Part shown: positions 34,933 through 42,955 of the stretch, one piece after another
How positions within the stretch are numbered: the stretch's first letter is position 1
Layout: each line of letters begins with the position of its first letter
Assembly: GCA_023336875.1 (NCBI GenBank)
Contig: JAMBLH010000023.1
Coordinates: 1-42,955, forward strand
Length of the DNA stretch: 42,955 bases
Reading direction: 5' to 3'
From: Actinomycetes bacterium
GTDB taxonomy: Bacteria > Actinomycetota > Acidimicrobiia > Spongiisociales > UBA5794
The notes under the pieces: generated by a model
Databases searched by the model: none
The model's input: the letters and a program-made list of their open reading frames with translations, nothing else
What the model was told of the DNA's origin: nothing
Program-made: the position numbers and the translations under genes

Positions 34933-36536
34933 GAGTCACCTCCGATCAGCCCAATGCGAATGGCAGATTCGATAGCGTTTGCTGCTGTGTGGCCAAGACC
35001 ACAGATCGAGGCATCTCGCATCACCCATCCGACGGCGTCGAGATTGTCATAGTCGGTCTGGGTGTCGGTTCCTGAGCGGATCCGGCCGACGATCTCGAGT
35101 TGTTGAGATGTCCCAACGCGACACGGCACGCATAGTCCACATGATTCGTCGGCGAAGAACTCGGCGATCCGATGTGTGATCGCGCCCATGTCGACCTCAG
35201 TGTTGAAGGCCATGATTGCCCCGGATCCAAGAGAGACTCCTGCATCGCGCCCATCCTCGAATGTCAGAGGCACGTCGAGTTGGGCCTCGGTGAGGAATGA
35301 ACCTGCCGCACCTCCTGTGAGGACCGCCCGAAGTTCGCCAACTGCACCTCCTGCAAGATTGATGAGCTCTCTCGTCGTGACACCGAACTCGACTTGATAC
35401 ACGCCGGGTTTCGCCACTTTCCCACTCACGCAGAAGAGTTTGAGTCCTGTGGACTCCTTCGTACCGAGTCGTGCAAAGGAGTCGCCCCCGTCGCGGATGA
35501 TCCCAGGGATGGCGGCAAAGGTCTCGACGTTGTTGATCAGCGTCGGGGAGCCGAACAGGCCGGATTGTGTTGGGAAGGGCGGCTTCTGGCGAGGCTGTCC
35601 CCTGAATCCTTCGATCGAGTTGAAAAGAGCCGTTTCTTCTCCGCATATGTATGCGCCAGCTCCTCTGCGGATCTCGATGTCAACACCGAAATCCGAACCT
35701 GTGGCCTCCAGCGCAGCCTCGAGCACATTCTCAGCTTCGCGGTACTCCCCTCGGATGTAGATGTATGCCTTGGTCGCGCCAACGGCCAACGCTGCGATGG
35801 CAATTCCCTCGAGAAGCACGAACGGGTTCGTCTCGATAAGCCAGCGGTCCTTGAATGTGCCTGGCTCGGATTCATCTGCATTGCACACAACGTACTTCGC
35901 GTCGCCGGACGCGTCAGCAACACCGTCCCACTTGATGCCAGCGGGGAAGGCAGCACCTCCACGTCCACGAATTCCTGACACCGTGACCTCGTTGCGAACG
36001 GCGGTGGCCCCCATTGTGCGTGCCTTGACAAGAGCATCGAAGGATGGCGTGTACAACCGTGGCGACTCTGGCGTCTCGTGCGTCCCGTCGAGTACCGATG
36101 CGACTACTTCGGCTGTGACGGGCGCGATGGTGAGCGCTGTCTCGCCTGCCCTCTGGATGAAGGCGGCCGATCCCTTCTCGCAGTGCCCGAGGCACGGCGA
36201 TCGAACCCACATACCCTCACCGTTCGGTGCGCCCTCCGGGCCAATCTCGGCCTCGAGGGTTGAGATGAGCTGGTCTCCTCCAGCAGCCGTGCACACGATG
36301 TCATCACACACCCGCGCAACACGTGCGGGAGTCGGTTCGGTTGCGATCAGGTCGTAAAACGTCGCAACTCCATATGCCTCTGCCGGGGCGACAGGAATCC
36401 GTTCAGAAATGTAGTTCAGTGCCCCATGGCTCACGAACCCGATCGAATCCTGGACTGCATGGAGCGAGGGAAGCAGAAGATGCCTGTTCTCGGCCGCGTT
36501 GTGAAAGCCACCATAGGCAACATGGTCGTCTGCCAC
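34929..36536 (-). CDS. NuoE-NuoF fusion (NAD+-reducing diaphorase subunit of formate dehydrogenase)
   Basis: The N-terminal NuoE-like 2Fe-2S motifs (CDDIVC...CLGHC) are followed by the NuoF FMN/NADH part (GRGGAAFP, YICGEETAL) and the 4Fe-4S motif ESCGLCVPCR. GTG 36536 is the first canonical start, but the frame stays coding-like up to 36656. Confidence 0.85.
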   Translation of the reverse strand: MADDHVAYGGFHNAAENRHLLLPSLHAVQDSIGFVSHGALNYISERIPVAPAEAYGVATFYDLIATEPTPARVARVCDDIVCTAAGGDQLISTLEAEIGPEGAPNGEGMWVRSPCLGHCEKGSAAFIQRAGETALTIAPVTAEVVASVLDGTHETPESPRLYTPSFDALVKARTMGATAVRNEVTVSGIRGRGGAAFPAGIKWDGVADASGDAKYVVCNADESEPGTFKDRWLIETNPFVLLEGIAIAALAVGATKAYIYIRGEYREAENVLEAALEATGSDFGVDIEIRRGAGAYICGEETALFNSIEGFRGQPRQKPPFPTQSGLFGSPTLINNVETFAAIPGIIRDGGDSFARLGTKESTGLKLFCVSGKVAKPGVYQVEFGVTTRELINLAGGAVGELRAVLTGGAAGSFLTEAQLDVPLTFEDGRDAGVSLGSGAIMAFNTEVDMGAITHRIAEFFADESCGLCVPCRVGTSQQLEIVGRIRSGTDTQTDYDNLDAVGWVMRDASICGLGHTAANAIESAIRIGLIGGDS

Positions 36537-36733
36537 TGTTCGTTCCGTTGCGCCTGACCATGTCGAATCCGGCTCGCCCAGTAGCGCATCAACGGCGGCG
36601 CGCTCGGCATCCGTCGGTGCATCAGTTGTAGTTTGATAGTCGATGGTGGCCTCGCTTCAGTGTCCCCATGATGGTCGTTCGTGCGGACCAAGGAGGAGAG
36701 CGGAATACGACATCATAATTGTATGCAGTCCGT

Positions 36734-38611
36734 CTAGAGACTCTCGATACGCACAGCCGTTGCCTTGAACTCGGCGGTCCCTGACTTGGGGTCCCAGTCA
36801 TCGATCGTCAGTTGATTCACGTCGACCTCATCTGGTGCGTGAAACGCCATGAACACCAGGCCCCTGCGCAGGCCGTCCACGATGCGCACGGGTGCTTCGA
36901 CAGATCCTCTGCGTGATGAGACTCGGACAACTTCGCGCTCTTCGACGCCAAGATCCTCGGCTTGTTCCTTCGTCATGTCGATCACTACATCGGCTCGAAT
37001 AGGTGATCGGTAGCCGCCCGACTGGACTCCCGTGTTGTAGGAGTCGAGTCGTCGCCCTGTTGTCAGCCTGATAGGGAAGTCATCGTCGAGGGGATCGATG
37101 GGTGGCATCCATTCGACTATCGAGAACGGAGCAGGTTCTCTTGGCAGGGTCTCCTCCCAGAGCCATCCATGGAGGAAAGGTGTTCCCGGGTGATCGTCGT
37201 CCGGACAGGGCCACTGGAGCCCGCCGAGGGCGTCAAGGCGTTCGTAGGACATACCCGCGTGCATGGGCGAGAGACTGCGGAGTTCGTCCCAGATGGCCTC
37301 TGCGTCGCGTGGCTCCCAATCGTGGCCAAGTGCATTGGCGAGCATCGTGATGATCTCATTGTCGTCCTTCGCCTCGCCTGGAGGATCGAGCGCCTTGCGA
37401 ACTCGCTGGACGCGGCGCTCTGATGAGGTGACGGTTCCATCGGTCTCCGCCCAGCCTGCTGCGGCGGGAAAGACCACGTCAGCCATTTGTGCGGTCTTGG
37501 TGAGGAAGATGTCCTGAACAACAAGGTGGTCGAGTCCATCGAGAAGGCGGATCGCCCTGCTGACATCTGCCTCGGACTGCGCGGGATTCTCGCCGATTAC
37601 ATACATCGCCGTGAGTTCACCGAGATCCATTGCATCGATCATCTCAGCGATGTGCCATCCGGGTTCCGCTGGAACGGGTGAGTCCCAAGCTGCTTCGAAC
37701 TTGGCTCTCGCATTACGGTCCGTAACGTCCTGGAATCCAGGGAACTTGTTCGGGAGGGCACCCATGTCGCCGCCCCCCTGGACATTGTTCTGTCCACGGA
37801 TCGGGACGAGCCCCGATCCCCACCGGCCGACGTGGCCTGTGAGAAGAGCGAGGTTGATGAGAGAGAGCACGTTGTCTGTCCCGGTGGCGTGCTCGGTGAT
37901 CCCGAGCGTCCAGCACAGTTGCGCAGTTGGCGCCTTTGCATAGTCGTGAGCAAGAGCGCGGATCGCCTCAGCGGGCACTCCAGTGATTTCCTCACCACGC
38001 TCGAGGGTCCAGGTCTCGACCGACTCTGCGTACGCATCGAATCCGGACGTCGAGTGCTGAATGAACTCGGCATTGACCAGGCCTGCGTGGATGATCTCAC
38101 GGGCGACCGTGTTCGAGAGAGCTATGTCTGATCCGACATCGATGCCCAGCCACGTATCGGCCCATTCAGCAGACTCTGAGCGTCGGGGGTCGACGGTATA
38201 CATTTTTGCGCCGTTGCGGATGCCCTTGGTGATGCGGTGAAAAAAGATAGGGTGGGCGTTGCGCGCGTTCGACCCCCACAGGACGATTAGGTCCGTGGTC
38301 TCCATCTCCTTGTAGGAGGAGGTGCCTCCTCCTGCCCCGAGCACTGCCGCCAGACCGGCGACGGAGGGAGCGTGTCAGGTACGGTTGCAGCTGTCTATGT
38401 TGTTCGTGCCGAGAACCGTCCTGGCGAACTTCTCTGCGAGAAAGTTCATCTCATTGGTTGCCTTGGAACACGAGAGCAGTCCCGTTGCCGCACCGGAATT
38501 GCGTTCGAATCCTGCCGCTGCCGTTGCCAGAGCCGTATCCCAGTCTGTCGGCTGCAGCTCGCCGTCGATCCGAACCATCGGCGAGGTCAACCGCTCATAT
38601 CGTTTACCCAT
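36734..38611 (-). CDS. Formate dehydrogenase catalytic subunit (Mo/W-bisPGD domain only), selenocysteine-containing (TGA at 38375-38377 read as Sec)
   Basis: ORFs 38375..38611 and 36734..38344 share one frame, separated only by a TGA. Joined, they read NNIDSCNRT-U-HAPSVAGLAAVLGAGGGTSS, the FDH active-site motif. ATG 38611 is preceded by GGGAGGTGA. The C-terminal molydopterin-binding domain ends AEFKATAVRIESL. Confidence 0.82.
38328..38377 (-). promoter_or_regulatory. UGA codon plus putative bacterial SECIS hairpin
   Basis: mRNA reads UGA CAC GCU CCC UCC GUC GCC GGU CUG GCG GCA GUG CUC GGG GCA GGA GG. Upper stem GUCGCC/GGCGGC with loop GGUCU. Lower stem CCUCC/GGAGG. The loop starts 22 nt from the U of UGA. 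Confidence 0.6.
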
Positions 38612-38665
38612 CTTTCACCTCCCGTCGCCAGAGCCCACGGTACCACCCCCGCACGCAAGAACCGG

Positions 38666-39298
38666 CTAGACGATGCGGCGGTCACTTGCCCAGCGGGCGA
38701 GCTCGTGGCGGTTGGAGAGTTGGAGCTTGCGCAGGACGGCAGAGACGTGGGTTTCTACGGTTTTGGTCGAGATGTCCAGGCGTCGGGCGACCTGTTTGTA
38801 CTGGTAGCCGCGGGCGATCTGGCGTAATACCTCTTTCTCGCGCGGTGTGAGTTGGTCAAGTTCTGGGTCCTCCTCGATCGGCACCGCCTTTGAGAACGCC
38901 TCGAGGACGAAGCCGGCCAGCGAAGGCGAGAAGACCGCATCGCCGGAATCCACCCTGCGGATCGCGTCGGCGAGTTCGGAGGGAGAGATTGATTTCGTCA
39001 CATATCCCCGACATCCTGCACGGATCATCGCGATCACGTCCTCAGGCGCGTCCGATACAGAGAGCGCGAGGAATCGGATGCCGGGATTCGTCTCCGAGAT
39101 ACTCGTGACCACAGCAACTCCTCCCCCCCCGGGCATGTGTACATCAACCAGTACGACATCCGGCTTGTGTGCGCGAATCTCGTCGATCGCACCATCGACA
39201 TCCCCCGAGACGCCGAGCACATCGAACTCGTCTGAGAGTTCTGCCCGTACACCCGTGAGGAAGAGAGAGTGGTCGTCCACCAGATACACCGACGTCAT
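38666..39298 (-). CDS. LuxR/NarL-family response regulator
   Basis: Receiver domain (DDHSLF...DVVLVDVHMPGGGG) plus LuxR HTH (LTPREKEVLRQIARGYQYKQVARRLDISTKTVETHV). ATGA overlap with the kinase gene. Confidence 0.9.
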   Translation of the reverse strand: MTSVYLVDDHSLFLTGVRAELSDEFDVLGVSGDVDGAIDEIRAHKPDVVLVDVHMPGGGGVAVVTSISETNPGIRFLALSVSDAPEDVIAMIRAGCRGYVTKSISPSELADAIRRVDSGDAVFSPSLAGFVLEAFSKAVPIEEDPELDQLTPREKEVLRQIARGYQYKQVARRLDISTKTVETHVSAVLRKLQLSNRHELARWASDRRIV

Positions 39299-40476
39299 AA
39301 GGTACCTCCAGGCATTGTCAGGTGGACCTCCGTGCCAACTCCGCTTGACGAGTCGATTGTCACGGTTCCGCCATTGCGCGACATCCGTCCCCGGATGGAC
39401 TCAGTGATTCCTTTGCGGTCCGCTTCGACGTTCTCGGGATCGAAGCCGCAACCCTGATCTGTGATGAACACTTCGACGTCATCGCCGGTCGCCTCGGCGA
39501 ACACTGAGACCTTGGCCGCTCCCGAATGCTGTGCGGCGTTCATCATTGTCTCCGTTGCTGCTCCGACGAGCGCCTTCTGAGCTGCGGGGGGGAGTTCGTC
39601 ATCGCCCACCACAACGACGGTGACAGGGACGTCGTGGGCCTCCTCAACTCTTGTGGCGGCCGCTCCTAGCGCGCCGCGGAGAGTCTGTTCGTCGGCAGCT
39701 TCAGGGTTATAGAGCCACGCGCGGAGGTCTCTCTCCTGAGCTCGTGCAAGAGTGACCATCTTCTTCGGATCCTCTGTGCGCTGGATGAGCGCGAGGGACT
39801 GGAGCACGGAGTCATGGAGGTGAGCCGCCATCTCGGCACGCTCCTCGGAGCGGATGCGAGCTCGGCGTTCCGTACCGAGATCCTCAATCAGGGACCAAAA
39901 CCACGGACCACCCACGATGACGAACCCAACAAGCGTGAGGATTGTCGCAATGACGAGAGCACCCACCGATTGAAGCCCATCGAGCGACGTCAGCACGAAG
40001 GCTAGACCAGCGATCATCATGGCAAGGCCACCGAGGACAAGCCACCACGGACGCCGTGACGAGCCAACAACGCCTTCGAGAGACTGCTCGTAGTTGAAGC
40101 CGGACGTGTCGATTGCGATGGCGAGACCGAAGAGGACGAGCACGATCGGCCACGTGGCAGGACCGAACCAGAGCCCGATTCCCTGGAAGAGGAGCATTCC
40201 TGCAAGGAACATCGCGCCGATGCCGATCTTCTGTCGCGTTGTGGCTGAATGCGATTCAGGGGGTCCCTTGGCCTCAGGAACGATGAGCGAAGCGAGCACG
40301 TACGCGATGAGGCCAACCCCGCCAGCAAGCATCGCGGAGAGAAATGCTGCCCGAACGTATATCGGATGGATGCCGAGTCTCTCGCCGATTCCTCCAGCAA
40401 CGCCGGTGAGCATGCGCTTGTCTACCGATCGAAGGAACGGCCAATCGATTGTCTTGTGTCCAGAAGTCATTGCCAC
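39295..40476 (-). CDS. Sensor histidine kinase with N-terminal PspC domain (HisKA_3/HATPase)
   Basis: PspC motif RMLTGVAGGIGERLGIHPIYVRAAF, multiple TM helices, H-box AAHLHDSVLQSL, and ATP-binding part with NAAQHS...DQGCGF. Start is GTG 40476 or ATG 40470. Confidence 0.85.
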   Translation of the reverse strand: MAMTSGHKTIDWPFLRSVDKRMLTGVAGGIGERLGIHPIYVRAAFLSAMLAGGVGLIAYVLASLIVPEAKGPPESHSATTRQKIGIGAMFLAGMLLFQGIGLWFGPATWPIVLVLFGLAIAIDTSGFNYEQSLEGVVGSSRRPWWLVLGGLAMMIAGLAFVLTSLDGLQSVGALVIATILTLVGFVIVGGPWFWSLIEDLGTERRARIRSEERAEMAAHLHDSVLQSLALIQRTEDPKKMVTLARAQERDLRAWLYNPEAADEQTLRGALGAAATRVEEAHDVPVTVVVVGDDELPPAAQKALVGAATETMMNAAQHSGAAKVSVFAEATGDDVEVFITDQGCGFDPENVEADRKGITESIRGRMSRNGGTVTIDSSSGVGTEVHLTMPGGTL

Positions 40477-40525
40477 AGTGCTCCCAATGGTGTCACAGCC
40501 TGCGCACTGTCACAACTGGGGACGA

Positions 40526-40551
40526 CCCTGAGAGAACCCTGAGACCTCAGG
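40526..40551. promoter_or_regulatory. Direct repeats and palindrome in the divergent kinase/PspC intergenic region
   Basis: ccctgaga occurs twice (40526-40533 and 40537-40544). cctgag-ac-ctcagg is a palindrome (40538-40551). tgtcaca also occurs twice upstream, at 40491-40497 and 40508-40514 (outside this feature's span). The function is speculative. Confidence 0.3.
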
Positions 40552-40607
40552 AATGGAGGGGGCTGTTCCCTATTGCGGACCCAGTCGATTCACGACACGA
40601 TTACGAC

Positions 40608-41837
40608 ATGACTGACTACAACTACAGCCCAGACTCATCGACCACGTTGCGACGCTCAGACGATCAGAGGATCTTCGCAGGAGTATGTGGAGGACTCGGC
40701 GAACACTTCGGAGTCAACGCATGGTGGTTCCGTTGGGCGTTCATCATTCTGGCATTCTTCGGATTTGCCGGTATCGCCATCTACATTGCTTCCTGGCTCC
40801 TCATTCCGGATGAGGACAGTACGGAGTCGATTGCCGGAGGGTGGTTCGACGGTCTCGACATGAGTGATACGGGCACACTCTTCGGTGTGGTCCTCATCGG
40901 CGTTGCGGCGTTAATCATTGCGACAAGCGTCTTCCACATCTCGGGTGCAATCGTCATTGCGGTCGCACTTGGCATCATCGGATTCCTTCTCTACCGGGGG
41001 GACATCCGCCCGCCCGCCAAGACCCAGCCAACAGTCGATGAAATGATCGAAGTGAAAGAGGTCGAGGAATCGGCCGACGGCACGCCAGCGGGTACGACCG
41101 CAGCGGTAGTCACGACATCAGTTGCTACGAAACCTCAACGGACGCACAGGCCGCCGAAGGAGAAGAAGCCGCGTCCGCCCAAGTCAATGCTCGGTCGGCT
41201 CACAATGTCTGTCATGCTCATCGTGCTGTCGTCCATGGCGCTTATCGAGCTCGCTGATATCACCCGCATCGAGCCGTACGAGTATGCGGCTGCGGCCATG
41301 GGCGTGGTTGCGGTTGGGTTACTCGTGGGCGCATGGGTCGGTCGGGCGTACTGGCTGATCTTCATCGGCGTTCTGATTGCCCCTGTGCTGTTCTTCTCAT
41401 CACTTCTCCCGAGCATCGCGGATTGGTCAGCCGGTGATCCTCGCTACATGCCCACATCCGCGGACGAGGTCGCTGAGAGCTATGACCTCGGGGCCGGCCA
41501 GATGACCATTGATCTGACGCAACTCTCGGCCGATGAGCTGTCGAAGGTCGGTGAGATCGATGCATCAGTGAGCCTGGGGCAGCTGATCGTGCGTCTCCCC
41601 TCCAACGTCGGCGCAACCGTGAACGCGGAAGTTGGTGTTGGCGAGGTGACCGGCGGCGAGATCTTTGAGTCCGTGTTGGTGGACGTCTACCAGTACTCCG
41701 GTGTCAACGTGGAGCAGGTATTCACGGTCGGACCGCCACCGAATGATCTTCTCCTGAACCTCGAGGTGGGCGCTGGTGAGATAAGTATCCAGTACATTGG
41801 CGAGCTTGAGCTCGGCGTGAGTGAAAGCAAGGGATGA
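40608..41837 (+). CDS. PspC domain membrane protein with LiaF-like C-terminal region
   Basis: From ATG 40608: RIFAGVCGGLGEHFGVNAWWFRWAFIILAF PspC motif, several TM helices, a proline/lysine linker and a C-terminal beta-rich domain. Confidence 0.75.
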   Translation: MTDYNYSPDSSTTLRRSDDQRIFAGVCGGLGEHFGVNAWWFRWAFIILAFFGFAGIAIYIASWLLIPDEDSTESIAGGWFDGLDMSDTGTLFGVVLIGVAALIIATSVFHISGAIVIAVALGIIGFLLYRGDIRPPAKTQPTVDEMIEVKEVEESADGTPAGTTAAVVTTSVATKPQRTHRPPKEKKPRPPKSMLGRLTMSVMLIVLSSMALIELADITRIEPYEYAAAAMGVVAVGLLVGAWVGRAYWLIFIGVLIAPVLFFSSLLPSIADWSAGDPRYMPTSADEVAESYDLGAGQMTIDLTQLSADELSKVGEIDASVSLGQLIVRLPSNVGATVNAEVGVGEVTGGEIFESVLVDVYQYSGVNVEQVFTVGPPPNDLLLNLEVGAGEISIQYIGELELGVSESKG

Positions 41838-42043
41838 ACATGGAACAACATCGATTCGACATTCTCTCATTCATCTTCGGAGCCTTGTTCCTCGCGCTCA
41901 CTGCCAGTGTTGTGTGGAGCGTGAACTTTGACTTCGGATTTGACATCGGTGCCTGGATTCTCCCCGTGGCGATCCTCGTCATCGGTGTAGCACTGCTTGG
42001 TTCAGGGATCCGTACGGCGCTACAACGAAACGCCAAGAACTAG
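41834..42043 (+). CDS. Small membrane protein (69 aa, 2 TM)
   Basis: ATGA overlap with the preceding gene. Two hydrophobic helices. Confidence 0.55.
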   Translation: MNMEQHRFDILSFIFGALFLALTASVVWSVNFDFGFDIGAWILPVAILVIGVALLGSGIRTALQRNAKN

Positions 42044-42519
42044 TAGGCGCCACCGAGTTTTGAGTGATCCCAGGTGGTGACCTTGGTCGGTTCGACGATG
42101 ACTGCGGTGTTCTTGGGCGCGAATCGGCCGAAGGCATTCTGCAGGGACTGCCTGCCCATTTCGATGGGTTCATCGCCGACCATTGGATACCTCGCGGCGA
42201 GCGCTCCATAGATCCGGAGGACATACTCGGGATCCGTAACGAGTGTGGCTGTCCCTTGGATCATCACACCTTGAAGTTGTGCATATGCCTCCCCCGCCTC
42301 GACCAGCACCGACAGGCGCGGGTCGCGCATCAGGTTCACAATCTTCTGGGATTTGGTGAAGGAGCGGAAGACGATCTTGCCGTCATCCATCGTGAACCAC
42401 ATCGGTGCCTGATGGGGTGCACCATCACCGCCGATCGTTGCGAGTTGCAGTACTCGAGTACCTTCGGAGAGGAAAGCCAGTACCTCGGCGTCCGTCATGG
42501 TGATGTCCTTGCGAGCCAT
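42040..42519 (-). CDS. Pyridoxamine 5'-phosphate oxidase-like (PPOX class, probably F420/FMN-binding) protein
   Basis: 159 aa split-barrel-type sequence: RVLQLATIGGDGAPHQAPMWF...KIVFRSFTKSQKIVNLMRDPRLSVLVE. Confidence 0.7.
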   Translation of the reverse strand: MARKDITMTDAEVLAFLSEGTRVLQLATIGGDGAPHQAPMWFTMDDGKIVFRSFTKSQKIVNLMRDPRLSVLVEAGEAYAQLQGVMIQGTATLVTDPEYVLRIYGALAARYPMVGDEPIEMGRQSLQNAFGRFAPKNTAVIVEPTKVTTWDHSKLGGAY

Positions 42520-42658
42520 GACTCCAAGGTAGCGATTGCATCGTTCTGAGTGGTCTGTGAAGGTATTTTCCTCTGCATTTCGTTCCAGTTAGCACGGCGT
42601 TAAGCGGTCTCGATGCATTGTGGAACAGTACGCAGGCACACTTGAAGGAGCCGACACA

Positions 42659-42955
42659 TGTCCCCATCAGAACCAACCGGAAGATTCACGAGAGCCACAG
42701 GAGCAGCCCTGGCAGGCCTGTTACTGGTCCCTGCCACCGCGATTGCAGCTGTTGCCATTGTTGGTGTCACGTCGTCCGTCCCCGAAGAGACGGGACGGCA
42801 GCTGGAGACTCCGATCGCGCTCGAGTCGGAGGAGTCATCTGACCACTCGTCAGATGCCGATGACAACGATGGGTCCTCGACCTCGATCACCATCCAAGGG
42901 GACGAAAACGATGACGATGGGTCTGTTACGTCAACAACGTTGGATGATGACGATG
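42659..42955 (+). CDS. Secreted or membrane-anchored acidic Ser/Asp-rich protein (5' partial, runs off the window)
   Basis: ATG 42659 is preceded by GAAGGAG. Signal/anchor AALAGLLLVPATAIAAVAIVGV is followed by D/E/S-rich sequence. The frame stays open to the window end. Confidence 0.55.

Noticed and set aside
36657-36659. Second TGA, upstream of nuoEF, as another selenocysteine codon
   Set aside because: There is no SECIS-like hairpin in the 50 nt downstream, only 3-4 bp stems. The residue context (WGH-U-SEA) is not a known selenoprotein motif. No SD precedes the upstream ATG-ATG. It is kept only as one alternative in the start-codon finding.

Overview
GC-rich, gene-dense chromosomal window with actinobacterial synteny (possibly Acidimicrobiia-like; taxon is inference). 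I found no rRNA, tRNA, CRISPR array, transposase or integrase.

Gene content, left to right:
- 1-540: no credible ORF, but packed with repeats and hairpins, ending in a perfect parS site that abuts rsmG.
- 542-7040: origin-proximal block rsmG-parA-parB, then on the minus strand a CwlM-like amidase, trxA, trxB, a small membrane protein, an anti-sigma factor and an ECF sigma factor.
- 7119-13446: a free-standing MviN-type pseudokinase, a divergent GNAT/HDAC pair, a lone pilT, a zinc-ribbon RNase HI and the CCA/poly(A) nucleotidyltransferase.
- 13501-20121: argC-argJ-argB-argR-argG-argH, with no argD or argF, followed by a translationally coupled DUF3052 gene.
- 20129-25977: small housekeeping genes (cupin, hemolysin III, uppS, histidine phosphatase, pyrE, nfo) and an alpha-class carbonic anhydrase.
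- 25994-30333: an ABC-F ATPase, a RES-Xre toxin-antitoxin pair, and padR-ino1.
- 30457-38611: a formate/C1 island (fhs, mobA, fdhD, NAD-type formate dehydrogenase).
- 38666-42955: a PspC-kinase-LuxR envelope-stress module, a PPOX-class gene and the start of an acidic secreted protein.

Most notable observations:
1. The formate dehydrogenase catalytic gene is one reading frame interrupted by an in-frame TGA exactly at the active-site motif, with a SECIS-like hairpin downstream. This points to a selenocysteine enzyme.
2. The FDH alpha subunit is split and its pieces are in permuted gene order: Mo-bisPGD domain gene, then the NuoE/F fusion, then the NuoG-like Fe-S gene that carries the Fe4S4 (FS0) domain.
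3. The NuoE/F gene has a coding-like 5' extension with no canonical start codon.
4. A MITE/REP-like repeat family with hairpin termini occurs at least three times in the window.
5. The RES-Xre operon has tandem 11-bp operator repeats and looks leaderless.

All product calls come from reading motifs in the supplied translations. No database search was run.
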